Assembly: GCA_021432655.1 (NCBI GenBank)
Contig: MU271446.1
Coordinates: 1 to 64,000 of the forward strand
Length of the DNA stretch: 64,000 bases
Origin: Atractiella rhizophila
Taxonomy: Eukaryota
Reading direction: 5' to 3'
A program made the position numbers and the translations under genes. Of this stretch, positions 39,812-51,901 are shown piece after piece (positions within the stretch are counted from its first letter, which is position 1; each line of letters starts with the position of its first letter). The notes under the pieces are model-generated. The model did no database searches and had not been told where the DNA came from. It saw only the letters and a program-made list of their open reading frames with translations.

Positions 39812-41256
39812 TGGAGACATACAAAAAAAAGGAAAAGCAGATAAGGATTTTGGCTTTTCCAGCTTAGAAGCTCTGAAGTTTTGCATTGCATCTGTCGTTT
39901 GCAATGGACAGGAACGAGCTTCTTTACCATTACAAGTTGCTCCCTCTATCCGACAACTCTTCGCGCATGTTCTAAGTCCTCCTCGTATGTGGACGTGGAG
40001 GGCAGAATCCCTGTGATTGAAAGGCGTATTTCCTGTCCACAAGCACTTGATGACTAAGTCGGTGTAGTTACCATTTCGCCTTATGCAGCGTTGTACAGCC
40101 ATTGCACTTCTCCGTTCTTAGCTATTTTGTCCTTGAGAGGGCAGAAATACTCGGAGCAGTTCAATTTATGTCGCTCACAGAGTGACATGCCAACATTGCC
40201 GGATGAGCAAAGTACGAAGACAAGGTCCAGAAAGCTGGTTACTCAGTTGGATGGGCAAAGACAACGAATATTATTGAAGGATGGACTCTGATCACCCACT
40301 TCGGCGTTTGGGTATTAACGTCACAACGTCACAATTGGGCGATAGAACTTGTTTATCAGATTCGCCAAACTCGCAGGAACTAAACTCTGAGAGTATATAC
40401 TCGTAACCTCCCAGCCCTCGAGGTACGATGACGATCAAAGGCGACATCTTGGCTCCCGTCTTTGCAGTTGTCGGTTCCACTGGGCTGCAAGGGGGTTCAG
40501 TCATCAAGGCTCTCGCTGAATGGAGACATACAAAAAAAAGGAAAAGCAGATAAGGATTTTGGCTTTTCCAGCTTAGAAGCTCTAAAGTTTTGCATTGCAT
40601 CTGTCGTTTGCAATGGACAGGCACGAGGTTCTTTGCCACTAGAAGTTGCTCCCTCTGTCCGACAACTCTTTGAGCATGTTCGAAGTCCTCTTCGTATGTG
40701 GACATGGAGGGCAGAATCCCTGTGATTGAAAGGCGTATTTCCTGTCCAGAAGCACTTGATGACTAAGTCGGTGTAATTACCATTTCGCCTTGTGCAGCGT
40801 TGTACACCCATTGCACTTCTCGTTCTTTTGAGAGGGCAGAAATTCTGGAGCAGTTCAATTTATGTCGCTCAGAGGGTGATATGCCAACATTGCCCGATGT
40901 TGAAGTTGCAACTTTGCTACGAAGACAAGGTCCAGAAAGCTGGTTACTCACTTGGATGGGCAAAAGACAACGAATATTATTAAAGGATGGACTCTGAGCA
41001 TCTGGTTCGGCGTTTTGGGTATTAACGTCACAATGTCACAATTGGACGATAGAACTTCTTTTCCTGCCTCATATCAGATTCGCCAAGCTCCGCAGGGACT
41101 AAACCCTGGGAATATAGACATAATGGTAGGTTCGTAACTTCCCAGCCCGGAGTTACTCGAGGTACGATGACGAGCAAAGGTGACATCTTGGCTTCCGTCT
41201 TTGCAGTTGTCGGTTCCACTGGGCTGCAAGGGGTTCAGTCACCAAGGCTCTCGCTG
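39812..41256 (+). repeat. Direct tandem duplication, ~710-bp units (39812-40519 and 40521-41256)
   Basis: Both units start tggagacatacaaaaaaaaggaaaagcag and end ...caaggctctcgctga. More diverged than the F-box pair. Confidence 0.92.
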
Positions 41257-42140
41257 ACTCTTGGTCTATCGCGTCAGGGCTATCACGCGTGATCCGTCCC
41301 AAGAATCTGCAAAAGCACTCTCTGAATAGGGTGTGACGTGGTTGCTGCCGATGTAGCGACACTCGAAGGAGCGCGAAAGGCTTTCGCCGGCGCGAACTAC
41401 GGTTTTTCAACCGCAATCTCTGACTACACAGTGGATGACCATTGAGAAATGGTTGCTGCTTCCTGTTCTGTGGTATCCTCGGCTGACGAACAAAGGAGTT
41501 TAGGGAAGGAAAAAATCAAGTCGATGCAGCCAAGGTGGAAGGTCTTCAGGCCATCGTTTGGTCCGCATTAACCAGCTTTGAGCCTCTTTCCAATGGGATT
41601 ATTGATGTTGAACAGTCCGTTGTTGCTAAGTCGTTGAGTAAAACATATCTAACGATGAGTTAGCTTCACAGTCAAAGCTGAGGTGACCGAATTATGCGCG
41701 ATCCCTTCCAATCAAGCTTCTTGATGTTCAACCAGGCTCTTTGTAGCTAAGTTCTCTGACTAGTACACTCCACGCAAGCAATACGACGGCTCCTGCCTCC
41801 TCTCTTTTCCTGCAGAACCAGACACCAAGTTCGCCATCATCGACATTCGAGAATATTACGGCAAATACGTTGTAGCCGCGTTGGAGAAAGTCGTTGACAC
41901 TGTTTACCCTGCTCCAGGTTGGATTACTCCTGTAGAGATGGCGAGTGATTTTGAGAAATGTAGGTGTCTTTCCTTGCGTGCAACCTCTACTGACAGTGCC
42001 GACTGCAGTTTCTGGAAGAAAAGTTACGTTCCAGAAGATGCCAGATGAAGGCGGCACAGTATTGCTGGGGGTACCGGCAACGCAGCTGTAGCAAAGGATG
42101 TTGTTGCTATTTACCGTGCGATCAGGGAGATAGGATGTGA
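41168..42140 (+). pseudogene. NmrA-like Rossmann protein pseudogene (a 5' fragment is duplicated at 40428-40519)
   Basis: Motifs 'VFAVVGSTGLQG(G)SV..AL', 'VRAITRDPS', 'EGKNQVDAAK', 'IVWSAL', 'KAEV'. A G-run is one base shorter than in the upstream copy, and there are in-frame stops. The end is approximate. Confidence 0.8.
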
Positions 42141-42755
42141 GTACCCTCCTGCATTCCTCTTTAGACATTGAACACGTAAAGCAGATTACTTTCCACTCCA
42201 GCAAGGAGATTTGCGCAGAGTCTTGGGGGCAATAAAGCAGCTGTTGACAAGATCTTCGCTTGAACGGACACATCACTGTAAATTTATCGGTCCTGGTTAA
42301 TTCAATCGACTTTCTACGTTCACATTGCCGCGCAGCTCTCATCCTTCCCCGTCTTCCCGCAACATCCTGCGTTGTGTCTGGCACGGGCTCCTCTTCAGCG
42401 CTAGCTTCAGCTTTCATGAGCTTTCGCTGAGCCAACTCCTTGTTGCTGCGCCGCGTCAAAAGCTGCGCGCTCCTGTTCCGCAGTTTGCCGCAGCGACAGC
42501 ACTCTGCTTGCGCGCGTCTCAAGGGTGAAATCCACTGGAGACTGGTATAGCTTATGGCATGAGAATAGGATGGCCTTACGTGTACAAATCGATGATTTGT
42601 GAGCCATGAGCCCACGGGCTGGGCTGCGGAAAGAGGGTTCGAGGCGGAGGACGAGGTATAAAAGCCCAGTCATCCAGGCACGTTTCTTCTTCCTCGTCAA
42701 CAAAACTCACCAGCCTCACGCTTCTCTTGCTCCAGACATATCAAAAGCGTCCAAT

Positions 42756-43937
42756 ATGATTACTCTCGCGGGATCTAAGATCGTCATCATCGGGGGAACG
42801 AGTGGCATAGGGTTCGCGGTATGTCATCGCCTTCCCGAAAAGCTCAAGCATGACAAGGAGTGACAAAACTGTCACGGAAAGGTCGCAGTGTCGTCCATCC
42901 AATCCCTCGCTTCTCATGTAATCGTCGCGTCCTCGAACCCGGAACGCGTTGCAAACGCCGTGACTCGCGGCGAGAGCGCGATCAAAGCGTCTGGCCTCAC
43001 GCACGAGTACAAGTTGGAAGGCAAGACGCTGGACATCTCCAATCTGGAGCAGATCACAAAATTTTTTGAAGAGGTAGGAGAGATCGACCACTTGATCATC
43101 ACTGCGAGGTATCGGAACATTATGCCTGATATGGACACTTTGAAAGGTTCGTTGTTCCTCTCCCTGGCCAAGTTGATCATTGATGAATGTATGTGCAGCT
43201 GGAATGGATACCCGTTACTGGGGACCCATGCATGCAGCTCAGATTGCAAAAGTGAAGCCTTTAGGCTCTGTGACCTTCACGACCTGTGGGTGCCACGTCC
43301 CTCCAAAACCTTTATGTAATAACACAAAATCCAGCGTCCGTGGTCTACAGACCCTCTACTTGTGAGTTATGCCTACCTCCTAATCAATGCATAACGCTCA
43401 AGTTGGCGATAGTCATCGGCATATCTGTCGGATTTGGAGGAGCGATTGAAGCATCTATGAGAGGTTTGGCACAGAGCAAAGGGCCCGTCAGATATAACGT
43501 AATCGCTCCAGGAGGCGTAAGTTTCTTCCCCCTTCCTTCCAGCAAATCATTAAAATCATCTTAAATACAGGTGCTCACAGAGGTTCGTCCAACAATGTCC
43601 GACGATGACCTTCCAATTGAAGAGAAAGCCAGATGACTAAAGATTTCCCGAAGGAGATGATAGAGCAAATGATCAAGGAGACAGAGGCCAAGTTGCCCGT
43701 CAAGCATGTTGCCACTCCCGAAGAGGTTAGCTTTCCTGCTCTCCGGGATCCTTGAGAGAACGCTCATCTATGGGTGATCAGGCGGCGGAAGCCTACCTCT
43801 TTGTCATGAAGTGCCAATACATAACTGGACAGGTTGGTCTTTCTTCCAGGGCATATGAAAGAAAAGAGTATTGATGTGCTCTGTCTGCGCGATCACAGGT
43901 TTTGAGGATCGACGGTGGAGTTGACCTTCAAGCTTAA
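42756..43937 (+). CDS. Short-chain dehydrogenase/reductase
   Basis: Motifs 'KIVIIGGTSGIGFA', 'EIDHLIITA', 'PVRYNVIAPG', 'LPVKHVATPEE', 'YITGQ|VLRIDGG'. Confidence 0.88.
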
Positions 43938-45464
43938 ATTAGGTCGTGGAAGACAAAGACAAAACAATGGGAAATAGAACGTTCTGGGATGAATTTGGTT
44001 GAAATGAAGCATCCGTCTTATATATTCTCGATCAAAATATGAAGACGATCCAACAAACTTCATGGCAGGCCTAACCATGCCTCGAAATTAGACGTTACGT
44101 ACGCGATGCTCAGAGACTGTTTTTAAGGTGCATTGTACAAGTCAGTCAGATGAGTGATGACAGTTAAGCTCAAAAGCTGCGAGCTCGGACCAGAGCAAAC
44201 TAGACTCTTCACTCATATCCATAATGTTCTTCCGCGTAAAAGTACTGTGATACTCAAAGGTCGCGAACATCTTCTCAGCCAGTTTGATTCATGACTATCA
44301 AGACTGTCTTCAAGGTCAAGTCTGAAGGGCTTCAAGCTTAGCTTCAGGCATCAAGTTCGAGCGCCGGCACGCTGGGTGATGGTTGAAGCTCTTGAAGCGA
44401 TGGTCCACCTCACGGCATTGGCATGAAAGAGACGATGATACACACAATCCTGAGCGCCGGGATCACGACACCATTTGCAAGTGAGTCGAGCGGTCGCCTA
44501 GCTCGACGGAAGACGGAGAAGTGTATTCAGAGCAGCTGCACTCAACAATCAGGGCTAGATGCAGATTGGACCAGGTGTCCTCGGCCAGATGGCGAGCTGA
44601 GATTTTCTCGACCCGCTTACTACAGACATGCTTGTTCCAAACCCGCTCAGCACATACAACTTTGAGCTTCGACTGCGACGGTCGATGGTTTTCAGGTGGC
44701 AATTCGAGCTTCCCGAGGGTAGGCAAGCGCCACACAAACCTCATCTTTCTACGTCGTGATTCGGAATATCTTTCTTGACGTGGAATGGGAGACAAGCTCC
44801 ACTTTGAAACAAGAAATGTCAACTTTGGGCAAATGGCGTGAGGAACATTGTATTGCCACGGTACAAAGGGAAGAAATGGAAGAGAGAAGGAAGCGGGAGG
44901 CTAAAACGCGTCACAGAGTGATTCCTTTCTGCATGTGTGAAGAGTGGCACCACTCGCGCCATCCCACTGATCGCAATCCATCGATTGACGGACACATGCT
45001 TGGAGGAAGGACTGACCCTTTTCTATTCGCTAATCGCCAATCAAATATCCCGACATCCCCATCCATCCCCTCCTTCCCTGTTTCGAATATTATAATGCAT
45101 AGCGCAGCTTCTCCACCCCGACCAGTAACACCAACGCCATTGAGAGTGACAAGACTATCCTGACCAAGTCCCGGGAGTGCCCATGAAGCACCTCTTCCAA
45201 GGTCTGATGCACGTCGTCGTCTCGTTGTCGGCGAAAAGGCTGCGGGAAGCGGGGCCCCTCATGTTGAGCGTAAGTTTCGGTTTTGAGCAGATATAAAAGG
45301 GCAGACGGTGGCATGCGGACCGCTTTTGGCTCTTCGGCCCTTTCTCCAGCCAGCAGCCTCGACCTGCCCACTCATCCAGACAGATTATTTTGGAGTCGAG
45401 ATAACGATTCGTGCGCGTAATCTAAGTATATGCTGACAATATTTAATATTTAAGGAAGCAGAAG

Positions 45465-48400
45465 ATGAAGATTTATCCACCTGCGTCAGAGCCTTCGGTG
45501 TCACACCAGGCAGTCGAACCGCCTGGGACGGATCATGCACTCATCGCTGCTGCTGCGAAGAATGGGAACGGGAGTGGGAGCACGGAGGGTAGCACGAGCG
45601 GCGGGAATGGTACTGGAGAGAAGAACGAAAAGGGCGAAACGAAGACGGCGAAGAGGGGCAGCAGGGCATGTGCTGCTTGTAGGAAGGGAAAGAACCGGTA
45701 CGTTTTACTTGCTTTCTTTCTCTTCTTTCCGTTTTTCATTCCATTACTTCTTTCATTCCTACGTTCTTGGTTATTTCCCTCTTTCCGATCCTGATTGCTT
45801 TCTTCCCTCTTTTCCACGTTTATTATTCGCGAAATTGTTTGCTTTTGCCGACTGGCCTTTCTCAAACTAATCTCCTTTTCTCGTGCTCATTCCTGTCTTT
45901 GCTTTTCTCCCTCCTGTTGCGATTATAATCATCTGCCTCCCTCGCCTTCTGATGGTGATCATCTTCCGTCATCCTTTCTCTTGCCCCGCCGCGCTTATAA
46001 TCTCCTCACGCAATACCCGACACTGTTGTGTTCTTGTGCTGTTACGGACTTGGCTGATCAAAGTTTGAATGCAGCTGCGAAGGATGGGAGAACCCTCCGT
46101 GAGTGAACCCGCCATTGGATGCGTAGCAAAAGCTCATGATTGTCACACTGCTTCCGATATAAAGCTGCAAGCGTTGCCGCACCACTTCCACCACCTGTTA
46201 CTTCGAGAAGCCAGCCAAAGAACCGTCCTCGTTCGACGTCGCTTCACTCGAACGCATCTCCTCACTCGAGAACCAGATGACTCGCATGTCCTCCTCCCTC
46301 TCCGAACTCATCTCCATCTTCCGTCCTTCCCCTCCTCACCTTTCCAACCCCCAGCAACATCAACAGCAGCCACACCATCCGCAACAGCAACAACCTCAGA
46401 TGTTACCCCAGCCTCCACCAGAAATGGCCTCGTACGAACCTTACGCCCCTTTCCCCCTCCCCTCCGTACGCAACTCCCTCCCTCCATACGCCGAGGATCG
46501 CAGCCGTCTCTCCGGCGGGGTCAACGTGAACGGATTAGGCATCGGAGGGATGGGACTAGGATTGGGGATCGGGGTCCCTCAACAACACGCCCATCCTCAT
46601 GGTCACAGTCACGGTGGACACCCTCAATGGTCTCCAGTGCCAGTGACGTCTGTTCCACTCCCTTCCCTCCCTGGCTCTTCCTCCCTTCCTCCGCTCCCTC
46701 TTCCAGTCCAAAACTCTGTCCCGACCTCCATTCCTCCTTCTGCCTCCTATGCCATCCTACCACCTCCCAACAGCTCCGCCGTCCCGCAAGCGGCGAGCAT
46801 ACCCCCTCCCGCTCCTCCTTCTTCCTCCGGCGGTACAAGGAAGGGCAGGAAGAGGAGTGCCTCTCAGACTGGCAGCGGGAACGGGCAGCCTGCGGCGCCA
46901 CAAAAGAGGGCGAGGATAGCGGGAGAGGAGGATGGAGTGGCAGAGCCGACGGATGCAGCGGAGGGGAATAGGTTTCCTCGGTTGCCCAAGTATGCGAGTC
47001 CTAATCATGGTGCGTGGCCTTATTCTCGTTCCCCACCTGGAAGAAGGGGAAGTAGGTACTGATTTGGGGATGACTATGCATAGCTTTGGCTCACTACGGA
47101 TTGACCGCTCCTCCATCCCCCACCCTCTCGTGAGTCTCCCTCGTCCTAACTATTTCCCACAAGAAAGAGGCTGAAAGGCACTCAGTGACTCAGATCTACC
47201 CTCTTCCACGCTCACCGCTCCATTCGAAGCGCTAGCCACAGCGGCTGCAACTGCAGCCGAAGCCGAGGAGGTAGCATCAGCAGAATGCTCTCCAACAGAC
47301 GCGCGAGATCGAAGGGAGAGGAGGAAGGGAAAGGAGGGTGGGACGAAGGAGGGTGGAGGGAGTAGGACGAGGAGGACGGGGAGGAGGAGGGTCCCTCCGC
47401 CCCCGAATGCGTTTCCGGACGTCGTGCAGAAAGGAATGGTGGCTGAGGCGGAAGCGAGGGAATTGTTCGAGTTGTGAGTGTCTCCCAATCTGCCATTCTT
47501 CCTTTCTCGGCTCGCATCGGCGACGGTCTTCCTCTACGCGTCTAGTAGTGATGGCTGATGTAATGCTGGAACAGCTATATGGCTTATTGCCATGCTTTCA
47601 TTCCCCTCCTCGATCCTACCTACGACACCTATGCCGAATTCAAGGGACGCACCCAGTTCTGTTTCGACGCAGTCCTTAGCGTCGCCGCCAGGGTTAAATA
47701 CACGCAAGGGAGTGCGTGCCACCTTCTATCCAGCGTTTATAAGAGGGAGAGAGAACTGATGGATGGAACAGCTACGAGCTTAGAAGTCCTCAGGGCGACG
47801 AGCGAAGAGGCACATGGCATAGCGAGGAGCACACTCTTTGCAGCCACCGTCAGGATCGAGGCTGTACAGGCTGGTTTGTCGTCCTTTCTACTACCGGTGG
47901 AGGAAGAAATTTGCTGATTGTTTATATGGCTGCATGTAGTCACCATCCTCGCTGCGTGGAGTGACAAGGGATACCTTGCTAGTGGACTCGCCTCTAGGAT
48001 GGCCCTCGAGATGGTTCGTTTCTTCGGCTCCATATATTCATTCATGATATCGACGTTTTGTGAATTCAGGGCTTGAATCGGGCTCTTGAGAAGCTGGAAG
48101 ACGGATCGAAAGAGCGTACGGAGGCAGAAGGACGAGATCTAGTCGTCAGCGCGAGGACTTGGTTGAGTGTTTACTACCTCGACTACGTGTTCGTACCCTC
48201 GCCTTCTTCAATGTTAGGACGATCTAAATGATGACGGGTGCACTCCAGCATGTCTGTAGGAAATGGTCGCCCAGTCCTTCTCTCCCCCACCCACATTCCG
48301 ACCCGTGCCTTCCTTAGCTCTCCGTATGCGACAAAGACAGACATCAAGCTCGTGGCCGATATCGAGCTCTTGTCTCACAAGAGTAGGATAGGCGAGTCGA

Positions 48401-49447
48401 TCGCGAGCTTTGGAGGGGCGGTGGATGAAAGGACACTCGGGTTTGTGAGGAGGGCTAGGGGAGATTTGGAGGGCTGGTTCGCGAGTTGGGATGGAGAGCT
48501 TTGTTCGTCTTTTCCTCCTTCACCATTCTCTGAGAACTAGACTCATACTTATGTTCGCTTAGCGAAACACTTTGCGGACGACAGCTTTGAGAGATTGAGC
48601 TTGAAGTTTAATTTACATCAGGCTATCATCTACCTTTGCTGTACTGGTCCGTCGAGTTTCTTTTCTACCCAGTTAAGTCGGTGTTAAGTTGGAAATTGGT
48701 ACAGCATTGCAAGGAAGAGGGACTTCAATTGATTCTCCACATCCCATCGAAGTCCGAGAACTCGCCCTTGAAGCAAGACTGTCCGCCCTCCAATCCCTTC
48801 ACATCCTCCTCCACACTCCCTACCGTTCCTTCCTCAAGTACGGCACGCACAACACATTCGTGGAAAGTGCCTTCTCCGCCCTCTTTCTTCTCAAGATGTC
48901 CAAGCTCTTCCCAGATGGTACCGACGTGGACCTCGCGCGAGAAGTGCGAGAGGTGGACTTGTTGGCCGAGGAACTGAAAGCTTGTCCTGGTGCTCAGCGG
49001 TTCGCTTGGACGCTCAAGATCGCCACAAGGAGGTGGAAGGAGGAGATGAACCTTGCCTCCTCTTCCTTCCTCATCAACGATCCGTCACCTCTGCCCCCTC
49101 CCACAACTTCTCAATATCAAGCGATCGACTGGCAGCAGCATCAACAGCAACAAGGACAACAACAGGGGCAAGCTGCTGAAAGTCCAACCGACAGTTTAGA
49201 GATCTACAACCTGCTCTCATCCATCCTTGGACAAGACAACGGGGCGACCTCCGCCAACGGAACTAACTCGAACGGAATATACAATCCCACGCAGATGCAA
49301 TCTCTACCTGGATGGATGACACAGCAGGACACGGCTTTCGATTTCGGAGATCTCGCGTTCCCGGCGATGGGACTCGATAGCATGTTCCTCCCCAGTTGGT
49401 TCGGGGCCCAATGGGTGGCAGGAGAGGAAGAAGGTCAGGCTTGGTAG
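45465..49447 (+). CDS. Zn(II)2Cys6 transcription factor with fungal TF middle homology region (priB-like)
   Basis: Spliced cluster 'RACAACRKGKNR|CEGWENP|PCKRCRTTSTTC', a Q/P-rich linker, 'FIPLLDPTYDT', 'ARTWLSVYYLD', 'SVGNGRP'. A 5'UTR intron at about 45411-45454 and a TATA near 45292. Confidence 0.92.
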
Positions 49448-50574
49448 CTTCGGCGTCATCTGGTTAGCTTCGTATACTCTTCTTGGATTTGAACGTTTCG
49501 CGTTCGTGGAATGATTCGACGCTTCTTTCTTTGGTATCATTGGTGCTTGATTTGGGTCAAAATGTAAATTACATGCTGATACCATTGTCTGAGCCTTGAA
49601 AGGGGGTTCAGGTTATCCCATACCACAAAAGCTAATGTTGCCCAATGGCGATGATGGGTCTGGGACAATGCCTGGGTCACGTGGCACGAAAGCTTTTTCC
49701 CTTTGTTCCTTGACCAACCCTCTATATAAACCCATACCAGTGAAAACCACCTTTGTTAGTGGAGGGCCCAGTTTCCAGATCATCTAAGGCAGATCATTAT
49801 CCTCCAAGGTAAGCCCAAACTCAGTATCTTAGCTCAGGTTGAGCTTTACTCTTGGTGTGTAGTCTCCTTGCATGGGGTGGCGTCCTCGACTCCAACAAGT
49901 TTCTCGCCTTTCGGCGCTCATTATTTCTGCAGGTTGCTTGTGTCCATCCGTTCTTTTGACACATCCTAGCAGTGCCTCAGCTTACAAGTTGTGCTATTCA
50001 GAGCCGTTGTTGATATCGTCCGACCTTCAAAGTGGAAATGGCAGTCAATACGGCAATTGTAGTGTAAGCATGAGGACAAATGAATAGCGTCCAAGAGCTA
50101 GGCGTGCGATTCCAATCCACCTTATCGCAGGACCCTCTTTTCCTGTCAATGATAATGTTACTAGCCTCTTCGTGCTGTCGTCAAGCACATGGGCATAACA
50201 AGCCTCCTAAATAATCATCCCGCCTGCTTTCATTTCCTGCTGGTGCCTTGTTACCTTGGTGAGATTGTGAACCCCTTTGCCCCAAGTTTATTTTGCAAAT
50301 AATTGTACTCACTGTGGCTAATCGAAGTAGGACCACTGGCCAAACGACTATTGTTCGAGTTTGCGGCTACCGTTAGAATGAATCGCATTCGCGTCAGCTC
50401 TTTCATGATGTTGGAGGGTCAGCCTAATCACCGCTATAGGCAGAGTATCAGCGATTACTTTATGTCATTAGATACTCCAAGCATTTCGCTCTATCCACTT
50501 ATATCCGCCTCAAGCACACGTATAAGAACGAGAAGCACTGTTTCTGGGAACAACTCTGGTATCTGTTCTGGCCG

Positions 50575-51132
50575 ATGCCCTGGTTCCATTCGATCCCTGC
50601 CCCTTATCCTCCTCTACAACTGCATGAAGAGGGAATCAAACTGATAGAACCCCGAATTCTGATGATTGAACGGTCGCGACACATCCCACTTTGGAAAGTT
50701 CGAGATACGCCTCTCGCTGCACTTTATAGACTCTACGAATATTCTTGCAGCCATGCTATTTGCTTCGTCCACGAGGTAACTTATATCTGGTATCGCTCCG
50801 ATGGGCCAACCTACGATTTTCCGGATCCAAAAGATCCCGACCCTGTGCGATATGCTATTCTAGCCTGCTTGGTCGAGTCTATGGTTTACGCCTTCAACTG
50901 GAGAATTGAAGAGCATGGATTCCGACGCGACAAACATGAAATTCTGTATCTTGGCCGAAATCCGCTTCCCCTGACTTTGGAGCGCGTACCTGAATGGTGC
51001 GGGAAAGTGCCACCATCTCCTATTGAGGTCGACATCCACAGGGAACCAAGTTCCGAAACGCGGAGAGGAGCCAAGATGCTGCAGAGGAAGAATATAATTC
51101 ACGAAGGATTTGCAGCGATGTTCTTTGTTTAA
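50575..51132 (+). CDS. Small uncharacterised protein, putative partner (antitoxin-like) of the adjacent nucleotidyltransferase
   Basis: Intact 185-aa single-exon ORF with TATAAG at 50521. Motifs 'DTPLAALYRLYE', 'PDPKDPDPVRYAILACLVESMVYAFNWRI', 'VPEWCGKVP', 'RKNI'. The partner role is inferred. Confidence 0.7.
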   Translation: MPWFHSIPAPYPPLQLHEEGIKLIEPRILMIERSRHIPLWKVRDTPLAALYRLYEYSCSHAICFVHEVTYIWYRSDGPTYDFPDPKDPDPVRYAILACLVESMVYAFNWRIEEHGFRRDKHEILYLGRNPLPLTLERVPEWCGKVPPSPIEVDIHREPSSETRRGAKMLQRKNIIHEGFAAMFFV

Positions 51133-51188
51133 CATAGAATGAGATTGCGTATTACAAGCCGAAGGACATGAGGAACATTCTGCCGACT

Positions 51189-51901
51189 TCACAATATGAT
51201 TGTCCTCTTTTGATTCTCGTTGATGTATCCAATAGCCTTAGGCCAATGCTTTGAACTACGCCTGAGAAAGGGCCATCTCTCTAATATTTTGCCTTGGGAA
51301 GTCGTCTCCCCACTCTGTCGCGTCAGAAGGTCAGAAATTGCGATCGCGTCAGCAATGTCTTCTGCGCGAGGGGGACCAGCTACGCCTAGGTCGTCTAGAT
51401 GAACATTGTTGCCGATCCGTCCCAGCTTCATCCCCAGTTGGAGGTGCCAATCGGTAGCAAAAATCTTGAGAACTTCACTTTCATAAACCACCAGCCGCTG
51501 GCGATAGCGGCACGTAGAACCTCATCGTTGAGAGTACCACCAATAAATGTGTTTACGTCGTTGTTGAGCCAGTCATCAGGAATGTTAAAAACCTTGCCGA
51601 TAGCTTCGATGTGTAATTGCATAGCGCCTTGTACACTGGTTGGAAGGTCAAAAATGGCATCAATGTCCTTCGTGTTGGAGCGATTTTCAAGGTGCTTCAT
51701 GGCGACGTAACCACCAAAAGCAACAGCTTGAATAGGAAATTTCACATTCAGGAATTCCGTACCGTTGAGCACTCTTGCAGATAGTTCGTCGAGAGCTAAG
51801 CAGAAGCGAACAAGCAAGTTAGAGAGAATTGTCTTGTCCCCACATGGACAATATGCACCTACCTCGGTCGGCAAGCTCAAGATCTAGAAAACCGTACCCA
51901 T
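51189..51901 (-). pseudogene. Nucleotidyltransferase-fold protein (DUF7582/DUF6036/AbiEii-like), frameshifted near 51495
   Basis: Motifs 'AVAFGGYVAM...RSNTKDIDA' (GG...TxDxD), 'IPDDWLNNDV', then in another frame 'VYESEVLKIFATDW...MKLGR...EDIADA'. Intron acceptor at 51796 and TATA near 51966-51972. Confidence 0.8.

Noticed and set aside
41728..42615. 295-aa minus-strand ORF
   Set aside because: Non-ATG start, and mostly antisense to the NmrA pseudogene. No domain seen.
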